Shown: in pieces, positions 50,673 through 58,956 of the stretch
Layout of the letters: each line of letters begins with the position of its first letter
Numbering within the stretch: the stretch's first letter is position 1
Assembly (NCBI GenBank): GCA_963809975.1
Contig: CAWELT010000013.1
Coordinates: forward strand, 56,140-120,139
DNA from: an uncultured Actinomycetes bacterium
GTDB lineage: Bacteria > Actinomycetota > Actinomycetes > Streptosporangiales > Streptosporangiaceae
Length of the DNA: 64,000 nt
Reading direction: 5' to 3'
Position numbers and translations under genes: made by a program
The notes under the pieces: generated by a model
What the model was told of the DNA's origin: nothing
Database searches by the model: none
The model's input: the letters and a program-made list of their open reading frames with translations, nothing else

Positions 50673-51472
50673 TCAGGGGAGCGGGCGCCGCCCTTCCAGG
50701 TCGAAGAGGCCGCCCGCGCGTGACACCCGCACCCGCACGTCCGGCCGCTGTCCCGCGGGCCTCCACGGTCGTGACCGTGCCGTTGCCGAGCACCTCGAAG
50801 CGCCTGCGGCCGCACGAGGATGGCGGTGTCCTCGTCGATGCCGATGCCCAGGAGCGAAGGACGCTGGCGGACCGCGGTTACCAGGCGGGGCAGCCGCCGC
50901 CGTTGCGTGAAATGCATGTCGACAACGGCCTCTGGCAGCAGGCCGAGGCCCGGTCCGGTGCGCGGCTGATCGGCGGCGTCCTCGCCCAGGATCATCTCCT
51001 GGCCGAGCGCCGTCGCTCCCGCACTGGTCCCCGCGACGACCAGCGTGCCGGCCGCCAGGCGGTCGCGCAGCAGCAGGTTCGCCCGCGATCCCGCCAGCGG
51101 ACCGAGGCGGGACTGGTCCCCGCCGGTGAAGAAGACACCGGTCGCCCGGGCCAGCCCCGTGAGCGTGCGCTCGCCATCGCACTGATCCCGGCTGGCCAGC
51201 CGCAGCTCGCACACGTCGGGTACGCCGTGCCGGCGGAACGCCGCCGAGTATTCGTCGAAGAGCGCACCGGGCGCGCCCGACGCCGTCGTGATCAGCCCGA
51301 TCCGCGCCCCGGTGCCGCCGGAGCGCTCCGCGAAGACCCGGAGCAGCGCGCATTCGCCCGTCCGGTCCTCGGCGCCGCCGATAACCAGAAGACATCCTGG
51401 ATATAGAGGGGATATTTCGCGTGAATTACTGCACACCGAACCGGGACCCGTGATTAGCGAGATTCCTGCCAT
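50673..51472 (-). pseudogene. cphB: cyanophycinase (S51 peptidase), at least 2 frameshifts near 50740-50800
   Basis: LLVIGGAEDRTGE, VFFTGGDQSRL, nucleophile VAGTSAGA and GIGIDEDTAILV are in ORF 50588..51472. VLGNGTVTTVEA is in ORF 50068..50793. The end GGLFDLEGRRPLP-stop (50673) is in ORF 50673..51395. Confidence 0.8.
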
Positions 51473-51612
51473 GGCGCGTTAGAGTACCCCACGCGCTTCC
51501 TCCCGTGCCGTACAAAGGGACTTCCGCCGGGGTTGTCGTGCCCTTGAGGGAAATCCCGTTTTGTGCCTGAGATATCCGGAATCGACGTTATTCTTTCGCG
51601 CCGCCGTGCTCC

Positions 51613-51654
51613 GGTGCTGGCTGGTCCGTGGCTGGTGCTGGCTGGTCCGTGGCC
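51613..51654. repeat. 21-bp tandem duplication in non-coding debris
   Basis: ggtgctggctggtccgtggct ggtgctggctggtccgtggcc read directly. Confidence 0.9.
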
Positions 51655-52059
51655 GGGGGACGAGCCCGGCCCGTCCGGGGACGGGAGCCCAGCCGCCGGT
51701 TTTCCCGGCCGCGGCCCGCTGAACTTATGCGCGCATGCTATGGCGACTGTTGTCCCGGCTAGAGGGGGGAAACGGTTTTTCGCCATGTGCCGCTCCTTTG
51801 TTGCGCGTTGGGGGTTCGATATGTTTATTGACTCCCGACCGGCGGCCCGGTTTACAGCGGATTCGTTTTGAGAAGCTCTATACGGATCAAATCCATTTCG
51901 GCGGCAATTTATCCGTTAAGCCTCAATCGTTCAGGGGTTCTGAGGGCCTGGCCGGAGCCGCGTCCGCCCGGCCCGGACACGGACGCCGCCCGGCGCGACG
52001 CATCCGGCGGCTGCTGGTCGCCTGCCGCGGCTGGCCGGGGATCGTCGCGGCGGTCACTG

Positions 52060-52520
52060 ATTGTGCGCGTGCCTGGTTTCGGGTCTGGTGTGGGTTTGCT
52101 GTCGGTGGGCCGCGTCACTCAGCACCCGGGGTGCCTGGGTGCGCGCACGGCTCCGGCTGCCCCGGCTGCGCCGGGCTGTGCCTCCGGCCGATGCCGGCTT
52201 CCACGCGGCCTGCGGGACCTGAACGATCGAGGCCTCGCCGGCCCGGGTGATCACTCACCCGCAGGTGAAGACCACCGGGTACCTTGTCTTTGTCCGGCTT
52301 GATCGCCCTGGCGCCTGATCGACGGCGGCCGGGCGCCAATGAAAGTCACAATCCCGTAACGGGCCTCCCGGCGCTGCCCGGCCCCAGGAAACCGGACACC
52401 TCCCCGTGGCCGGACGCGAAGGAGATCGTCCCGGCAGGCGCCGCGGTCCCCGAAGCGCTTGACCAGGCCGTCAGCGACCAGCGCCGGGGCGCCCGTCTCC
52501 GGGCAGGAGCCGGGCACCGG
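52060..52520 (-). pseudogene. remnant of an ABC ATP-binding protein (LivG-like N-terminal part only)
   Basis: APALVADGLVKRFGDRG (ORF 52251..52517), ISFASGHGEVSGFLGPGSAG (degenerate Walker A, ORF 52346..52531), AIKPDKDKV.. (ORF 52115..52339). These lie in three frames. No signature or Walker B follows. Confidence 0.4.
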
Positions 52521-52762
52521 TCCGGGCTCACGGACCGGTCACCTCGCTCCTGCGATCGACGGGAGTCTCACCGCGCGGGAGAATGCCGCCGTCCGGTGAC
52601 CGGGACGGCCGGACGGGAGATTCAGCGCGGGAGCCATTACGCTGGCGAACGCGGGCGGCGGACGTGAGTGCCGACCGCCGGGCCGGGTTCCCGCCGGGAG
52701 GTTGTGATGACCGATGTCCTGGCGGGTGGCCTGCGGCTGGCGAGAACGTAGTGCGGGGCGCG

Positions 52763-54623
52763 ATGGCTGCGAACTACCTGTTCGGAGACGAGGGGATTGC
52801 GCCCGCCGCCCATGACGCGGCCGAGGATCTCCGGTTGCTGCGGCGCTACGAGCCGGTACTGCGCTTCACCCGCGGTGAGCTTTTCCTGCCGATGGCGGTC
52901 CCGGACTACCTGGCCACGTGCGCGCTGTGGCGGTCGGCCCGCCCCGCGCGCTTTCCGCGGCGGCGGGAGACAGGCGAGCGGCTCTGCGGGCCGGGGGAGC
53001 TGACCCCCGCGCGGCTGGCGCAGGCGGGGACCGCACCCCACGCCGGGGGCCTCTCGCTCCGCTTACGTGGAGCGTCCCCTCACCTGGCGTGAGTACCGTG
53101 CGTGGCGACGTAAGCCAGGACGAGAACGGCTTGCGCAGGCGGGCAGCCGGTTCGCCGTGGTCGGGCTGGTGGGCCGGCTGATTGACGCGCTGATCCGGCT
53201 GTCGCTGCTGGTCCGCGGGCGCGTTCCCGGCGGCACGGCGGCCGCCGCCGAACAGGCTTACCACGCCCGCGCCGGCTCCGGCACCTATCCTTACTACGGT
53301 CACGTCACCAGGGATCGCGGTTTCATCGCGCTGCAGTACTGGTTCCTCTACGCGATGAACGACTGGCGGTCGACGTTTGGCGGCGTCAACGATCACGAGG
53401 CGGACTGGGAGCAGGTCACCGTTTTCCTGCCGGATCCGCCGGACCTGGCCGCCCGGCCGGCCTGGGTCGCCTTCTCCTCCCACGACGAGACCGGCGATGA
53501 CTTGCGCCGCAGGCAGGACGACCCCGACATCGAGTGGCGGGATACCCACCCGGTGGTCTTCGCAGGCGCCGGTTCGCACTCGGGCGCCTACCTGCCCGGG
53601 GACTACCTGATCACCGTCGAGCCGCCCGTGCTCCGGCGCGTGTTCGCGGCGGCGCGGCGCCTGACCCGGCTGCTCCTGCCGTGGGCCCGCGAACACCAGG
53701 GCACCGCGTTCGGCATCCCGTTCATCGATTACCGCCGGGGGGACGGCCCGGCCGTGGGCCCCGGTGAGGAGCGGGAATGGAGTCCCGTGCTCGTCGACGA
53801 TACGACGCCGTGGCTGCGTGATTACCGGGGACTGTGGGGCCTGGACACCGGTGATCCGTTCGGCGGCGAGCGCGCCCCGGCCGGGCCACGCTACGAGCGG
53901 ACCGGCTCGGTGCGGCTCTCCTGGTCCGATCCGGTGGGATGGGCAGGCCTGGACAAGGTGGCACCCTCGGCCAAGGCGGAGCAGGAAGCCGTCGCGGCGC
54001 GCATGACCGAGCTGGACGATCAGATCGCCGCCACGGGGGAGGAGCTTGACGGCCTGGGCGACAGGCTGCGCGGCGCCCAGGCCGGGAGCCGGGCCCTGCG
54101 GGATGCCGGAACGCGGACCGACCCCGCCGCCCTGGCCGGGCTGGAGACCTCCGCCGGGCAGCTGCGCCAGCGCCGCCGGGTACTGGCTGCGGAACGGGAG
54201 GCGCTGGCGCGCGCGTCCCAGCTCGGCCTTCCGCCGGAGGACCCGCACGCCCATCTGCGGCACCGGGCTCTGCCCAACGTCGACCCGGCCCGCACCCGCA
54301 AGCGGGTCCTGCAAACGTGGTCCACCGTCTCGGCCTCGTTCCTCATGGCCGGGCTCGCCGTGATCGTCCTGGGCCAGGGCGGCGCGCTGCTGCCGGCGCT
54401 GGCGGTCCTGGCGGGGGGCATGCTCTGCGTGGAGGCCTTTGCCCGGGGTCATCTGGTGCGATTCGCCCTCGCGATCCTCACGGCTGCCGCCATCGGCGTG
54501 GTGGCCTGGGTGGCGATCCTGGCGGCCGTCGGCAACTGGCGCGCGGTGATCGCCGGCCTGCTCGCCCTGGCGGCCCTCGTCCTGCTGGTCGCCAACATCC
54601 GCGACTTCTTCGCCAAGCGCTGA
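52763..54623 (+). pseudogene. Vps62-like domain protein with coiled-coil and C-terminal TM bundle, frameshift near 53050-53066
   Basis: MAANYLFGDEG...LLRRYEPVLRFTRGELFLPMAVPDYL (ORF 52583..53092 frame) continues in ORF 53067..54623 with ALQYWFLYAMNDW....NDHEADWEQVTVFL (Vps62/DUF946-type signature). An Ala/Glu/Arg-rich helix and about 4 TM segments follow at the end. Confidence 0.6.
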
Positions 54624-54637
54624 ATGGGCGGCCGCCC

Positions 54638-55225
54638 GTGAATCTGTCCGAATACATCACCTTGTTCGTGCTCGTGGCGGTCATGGAGCCGGCCTGCCGG
54701 GGCCCGGGTGATGCGTCGCTGATCGCGGCGGGCACGCTCGCCGGGGAAGACCGGCTCGACGTATGGGTCGTGCTCGGCACGGCTATGGTCGCCTGGATGC
54801 TCGGATCGGTAATCGGCTATGAAATCGGTGTCTGGAAGGGACGCTGGCTGCTCGACCACCCCGGACGGCTTGAGAACTCACGCCTGAAAATGCTCGCCAA
54901 AGGCGACCGCGCCTTCGGCCGTTATCAATTCGTGGCATCCGTTACCATGCCGGCTTTTGTATCGGGGATTTTCCGGGTGCGATTCTGGATATTCATGCTC
55001 GGTGCGCTCGTTGCTGGCATCGGCTGGGTCGGCATGTACGTCGGGCTCTCTTACTTTCTGGGGGCGGAGATCGCCCAGCGCATCGGAAATGCCGGGACGA
55101 AGGCCGTGCTCGGCGTGGCCGTGATCGTCATCATCGGACTCGGCACCAGAGCCGCGGTGGCGAGGTGGCGCGCTGCCCGGCGGCGCCGGCGTGAGCAGAA
55201 CCTGGCGGCGAAGCCGGCGAGCTGA
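54638..55225 (+). CDS. DedA/VTT-domain membrane protein
   Basis: GTG 54638: VNLSEYITLFVLVAVME..GDASLIAAGTLAG...GSVIGYEIGVWKGRWLL...VSGIFRVRFWIFMLGALVAG. Confidence 0.75.
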   Translation: MNLSEYITLFVLVAVMEPACRGPGDASLIAAGTLAGEDRLDVWVVLGTAMVAWMLGSVIGYEIGVWKGRWLLDHPGRLENSRLKMLAKGDRAFGRYQFVASVTMPAFVSGIFRVRFWIFMLGALVAGIGWVGMYVGLSYFLGAEIAQRIGNAGTKAVLGVAVIVIIGLGTRAAVARWRAARRRRREQNLAAKPAS

Positions 55226-55426
55226 CCGCAGTGCCAGCCGGTTCTCAGCCCGGCAGGGCATGTCACCGAGGGCCCCCGGCCGGATCCATGGGTGCGGTCC
55301 ACTCATTCTTGCCGCGGCACGGCGGGCACGCAATCACCCGGAGAAGGCGAATGTCCCATTTGACGCAACCACCCGGTTGCTATAGATTATCGCAATCGGA
55401 GGGTTGCTGCACGCGGAGGTTCTCTC

Positions 55427-55762
55427 ATGCCTATCCCGGATCGCATCGAGCGCACCATCGATCCCGCCCAGCCGCCGCAGCGGGTGTGGGAGGCGCTGAC
55501 CAGCGCAGAAGGGCTCGGCGGCTGGTTCGGGGATCGCGCCACCGTCGACCTGCGACCAGGCGGCACGGCATACGTCGAGTGGGATGACGAGCATCACAAA
55601 GCGACGCTGACGATCTCCGTCGTGGAGCCGCCGGTCAGGTTCGCCTGGACGTGGGGAATCCAGGGGCTGCCCGCCACCGATCCGCTCGGCGCCCGCATCA
55701 GCAGAGCCGGTCGCGTCATGAGCAATAGAGCCGGTCGCGTCATGAGCAATGTCGCGTCATGA
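55427..55762 (+). pseudogene. SRPBCC (AHSA1-like) protein, 3'-truncated and ending in a tandem duplication
   Basis: RIERTIDPAQPPQRVWEALTSAEGLGGWFGDRATVDLRPGG...VRFAWTWG covers only about the first 90 aa of the fold. The ORF then runs into the repeat (RAGRVMSN x2). Confidence 0.6.
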
Positions 55763-55766
55763 GCAA
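55702..55766 (+). repeat. tandem duplication (24 + 24 + 17 nt) that triplicates the start region of the DUF2182 gene
   Basis: agagccggtcgcgtcATGAgcaat agagccggtcgcgtcATGAgcaat gtcgcgtcATGAgcaat gtggtggag read directly. The last ATG (55759) opens the DUF2182 ORF. Confidence 0.9.
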
Positions 55767-56505
55767 TGTGGTGGAGATCAAAGTGAATTCCGACGTGAAT
55801 TTCTCCAGGGAACCGACGGAGGCGACGCCGACCTCGCGCTCCGCCGCCATGACGAGCGCTCGGGCAGGCCCGACGGCAGCCCCGCTGACGGTGACGCTCG
55901 GCCTCGCCGCCGCATCCTGGGTCGTCGCGATCCGGCAGATGAACGGGATGGACATGGGCGTGGCGACCCGGCTCGGTTCGTTCGCGTTCTTTATCGCCCT
56001 ATGGGTGTCGATGATGGCGGCGATGATGCTGCCGGGAGCGGCTCCGGCAGTCTTGAGGCGAGCTCATGCCAGCGGTCGTCTGCGCGCCGTGCCGCTATTC
56101 CTCGGGTCGTACCTTGCCGTCTGGACCCTCGTGGGCGTCGCCGTATATGCGCTGTACCGGCCGCACGGGTCCGGCATGGCCGGCGCGGTTGTGATCGCGG
56201 CCGGTGTCTACGAATTCACGCCGCTCAAGCAGCACTTCCGCCGGCGCTGCCGCGAGAGCGTCCGCTCCGGATTCGGTTTCGGGCTCTGCTGCGCCGGCTC
56301 GAGCATCGGACTGATGCTGATGCTGGTGGTACTGGGCGTCATGAGCATCACCTGGATGTGCGTCATCGCCGTCGTCGCCGTCGCCCAGAAGCTCCTGCCC
56401 GCGAAAGCCGCCATCGATGTGCCATTCGCGCTGGCGGTCATCGGACTCGGAGTCCTGATCGTCACCGCGCCCTCGTCGGTCCCCGGGCTCACGCCACCGA
56501 TGTGA
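55759..56505 (+). CDS. DUF2182 domain membrane protein (predicted metal-binding)
   Basis: WVVAIRQMNGMDMG, FFIALWVSMMAAMMLPGAAP, YEFTPLKQHFRRRCR, GLCCAGSSIGLMLML. Confidence 0.8.
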   Translation: MSNVVEIKVNSDVNFSREPTEATPTSRSAAMTSARAGPTAAPLTVTLGLAAASWVVAIRQMNGMDMGVATRLGSFAFFIALWVSMMAAMMLPGAAPAVLRRAHASGRLRAVPLFLGSYLAVWTLVGVAVYALYRPHGSGMAGAVVIAAGVYEFTPLKQHFRRRCRESVRSGFGFGLCCAGSSIGLMLMLVVLGVMSITWMCVIAVVAVAQKLLPAKAAIDVPFALAVIGLGVLIVTAPSSVPGLTPPM

Positions 56506-56561
56506 GACCTCATCGGTGCCGCGGGCCTCGCCAGGCTGTTAACGACCAAAGGAGGGAAACA

Positions 56562-56765
56562 ACGACCGCTCACAAGAGCGGAACACGGGAAGAGGGGGCC
56601 CGGCTGCTGGCGGCGTGCGGCCTGCCCGGCTGAAGCTGCTCGAGGCCGGAGAAGACGCTGACGCGGCGCAGCGACGAACTGGCGCGGCGGCGGCAGGAAC
56701 TGCCCTGGGTCCGGATCGACAAGGAGTACCGCTTGGAGACCGCCGAGGGCGCAGACAGCCAGTGA
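56562..56765 (+). pseudogene. DUF899 (thioredoxin-like) N-terminal stub; start codon ACG, patched and frameshifted
   Basis: AAGGAGGG-N6-ACG ACC GCT CAC AAG AGC GGA ACA CGG GAA GAG gives TAHKSGTREE. After a 37-nt foreign-looking patch comes RLKLLEA, then one frame off EKTLTRRSDELARRRQELPWVRIDKEYRLETAEG and a stop at 56763-56765. The remaining roughly 170 aa of the family are absent. Confidence 0.6.
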
Positions 56766-56837
56766 CCGGAAACCACGGGCGCGCCGGGGACGAAGACGAC
56801 GATAGGTGACCTCACCGGGCAGCAGCGGATGCCACCT

Positions 56838-56882
56838 GGCCGGCGGTTCCTGCCCGGCCGGCGGTTCCTGCCCGGCCGGCGG
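56838..56882. repeat. 18-bp tandem repeat x2.5 in a non-coding spacer
   Basis: ggccggcggttcctgccc ggccggcggttcctgccc ggccggcgg read directly. Confidence 0.9.
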
Positions 56883-57160
56883 CAAACGGCAACCCTTCGG
56901 CTGCCGCCTGCAGGTAGCGACCCTCTTGCCTTCCCCTTCGGCATGTTTTATCTCTTGAAGGGGCCGCAGAGCCAGGTCTGCCTCCCAGAGCCACGATGAC
57001 GGTGGCTTGAGAGGTGACAATTGCCGGCCATGATCCTGAACTGATCCAACTGGGACAGCAGCCCTCCGGGCCTGCCGGGTGCGTGCTGGGGGAGCGGGCT
57101 GGCAGGCGACAGTTGCTGCCGGGCCGCGCGGACGCCATGACGGACTGAGGGGGCGCCGGG

Positions 57161-58441
57161 ATGGACGCGGAAGGCCTGGAAACGCTGCTGGTGGTGGCGC
57201 TGGTGGCGGCGCTCGCGCCTATCATCGTGGCCGCGCTTCCCGGGCCGCGCATTCCCCAGGTGGTTGTCCTGATTTTCAGCGGCATCCTGATCGGTCCCCA
57301 TGGGCTGGGCCTGGCTGACACCGCCAGCATCCAGCTGCTCGCCAACATCGGGCTCGGATTCCTGTTCCTGCTCGCTGGGTACGAGCTTGACCCACAGCTG
57401 CTGCGCGAGCAAGCCGGCAAGCTGGCCATGGCGGGCTGGGCGGTCAGCGCCGTTATCGCCGTGGCCGCCGTCGCCGGTCTGGGCTCGGTCGGGTTCGTGC
57501 GCGACTTCGTGCCGATCGGGCTTGCCCTCACGACGACGGCGCTGGGCACTCTGCTGCCCATCCTGCATGACAACGACATGCTTTCCGGCAGATTCGGCCG
57601 GTACGTTCTGGCTGCCGGGGCTGTCGGCGAGCTCTTCCCCATCGTGGCGATCTCGCTGTTCCTGACCAAGCGGGGAGAGTTCGTCGCGTTCATCTCAATC
57701 GTCGCCGTGTGCGCCGCGGCGACCTTTCTGACCGCCCTGCCCCGGGCCATCGGCGCCGGCAACCTGGACAGGGTCATCCGGCAGGGCCGGCGAGCGACCG
57801 CGCAGACAACCCTGCGCTGGTCAATCGTCTTGCTGCTCCTGCTGCTGTTCGCCGCCGAGCGGTTCGGTCTGGATGTGGTGCTGGGCGCATTGCTGGCCGG
57901 CATGGTCCTGCGCAGCTGGACCCGCCGGATGGGTGTGGACGTCACCCCGCTGGAGGAGAAACTCGACGCCGTTGGCTACGGATTCTTCATCCCCGTGTTC
58001 TTCGTGGTATCGGGCATGACGCTGGATGTCCGGGCCATCGCCCAGGCCCCTCTGCGGCTCCTGGCCTTCTTCCTGCTGCTGCTCGTGGTCCGCGGCCTGC
58101 CCTCACTCCTGATCTACCGGCGTGTCCTGCCCATGCGGCAGCGGGTCGAGATGACGTTCATCACCGCGACCACCATGCCGCTGCTGATCGCGCTCGCCGA
58201 GATCGGACTGAGCGACGGTGTCATGATTCCCGCTAACGCGGCGGCCCTGGTCGGCGCCGGCGTGCTGTCGGTCCTCATCTATCCATCGATCGCCGCCGCG
58301 ATAGCACGGCGCGCGCCCAGGATCCCGACCGCACCCGCCGTCGCGGCAGCCGAGCCCGGCGGAGTGGTGAGCGAAGCCCGCGCTGCCGGTGAGATCACAG
58401 CAGAAGGCAAAGCCGGCGACGCGGGCGAGCCCAGTGACTAA
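57161..58441 (+). CDS. cation:proton antiporter (CPA2/Kef-type Na+/H+ exchanger family)
   Basis: Intact 426-aa ORF with 11-13 TM segments: IPQVVVLIFSGILIGPHGLG, LGFLFLLAGYELD, VLGALLAGMVL, GFFIPVFFVVSGM. Confidence 0.9.
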   Translation: MDAEGLETLLVVALVAALAPIIVAALPGPRIPQVVVLIFSGILIGPHGLGLADTASIQLLANIGLGFLFLLAGYELDPQLLREQAGKLAMAGWAVSAVIAVAAVAGLGSVGFVRDFVPIGLALTTTALGTLLPILHDNDMLSGRFGRYVLAAGAVGELFPIVAISLFLTKRGEFVAFISIVAVCAAATFLTALPRAIGAGNLDRVIRQGRRATAQTTLRWSIVLLLLLLFAAERFGLDVVLGALLAGMVLRSWTRRMGVDVTPLEEKLDAVGYGFFIPVFFVVSGMTLDVRAIAQAPLRLLAFFLLLLVVRGLPSLLIYRRVLPMRQRVEMTFITATTMPLLIALAEIGLSDGVMIPANAAALVGAGVLSVLIYPSIAAAIARRAPRIPTAPAVAAAEPGGVVSEARAAGEITAEGKAGDAGEPSD

Positions 58442-58956
58442 GGTACCCGCTGGCCGCGGCCTTCCCGGGCCTTCCCGGGCCTGCGCCATCGGCCGAATCG
58501 GCGGCCTGCCCCAGCCAGCACCACCCGAGGCAGGCCGCAGTCGCGCCGCAGCCCGCTGGGCCGGGCGGACCCAGCTTTCGCAGCGACGCCGGCGGGCCGA
58601 ACGCGGCACGGATGACCGCGCGCGGCGCGGCCGTGTCGCCGGTCACCTGATGGACACTCATTGTTGGCGCTCTGGCGGCGCCAGGTATGCCGGGGGAGTG
58701 TTGGGTAGTCCCGAATGAAGCTACCGACGCCATCCCGGCCGAAGAGGCCCCTGGCCGGCTCAGACAACGGGGTTCTGGCCGCTGCCCGGGGCCAGGCCGC
58801 CGATACGGATCAGCACGGGCGGCGCGGCGAATATCACGGTGAGCAGGCTTGCCGTCGACGTCATGGTGGTCCCTCGCCAGCCCATGGGCGCCCCGGGACC
58901 TCGGGCCCTGGCGATTTCGAGATGACGCGGCGACGGTGATACCGGAGGAGATAACG

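Noticed and set aside
58760-58863. 34-codon minus-strand ORF MTSTASLLTVIFAAPPVLIRIGGLAPGSGQNPVV with a GAGGGA Shine-Dalgarno-like sequence 7 nt upstream.
   Set aside because: It is too short and has no recognisable family. It could be a small membrane peptide, but the sequence alone does not support a call.
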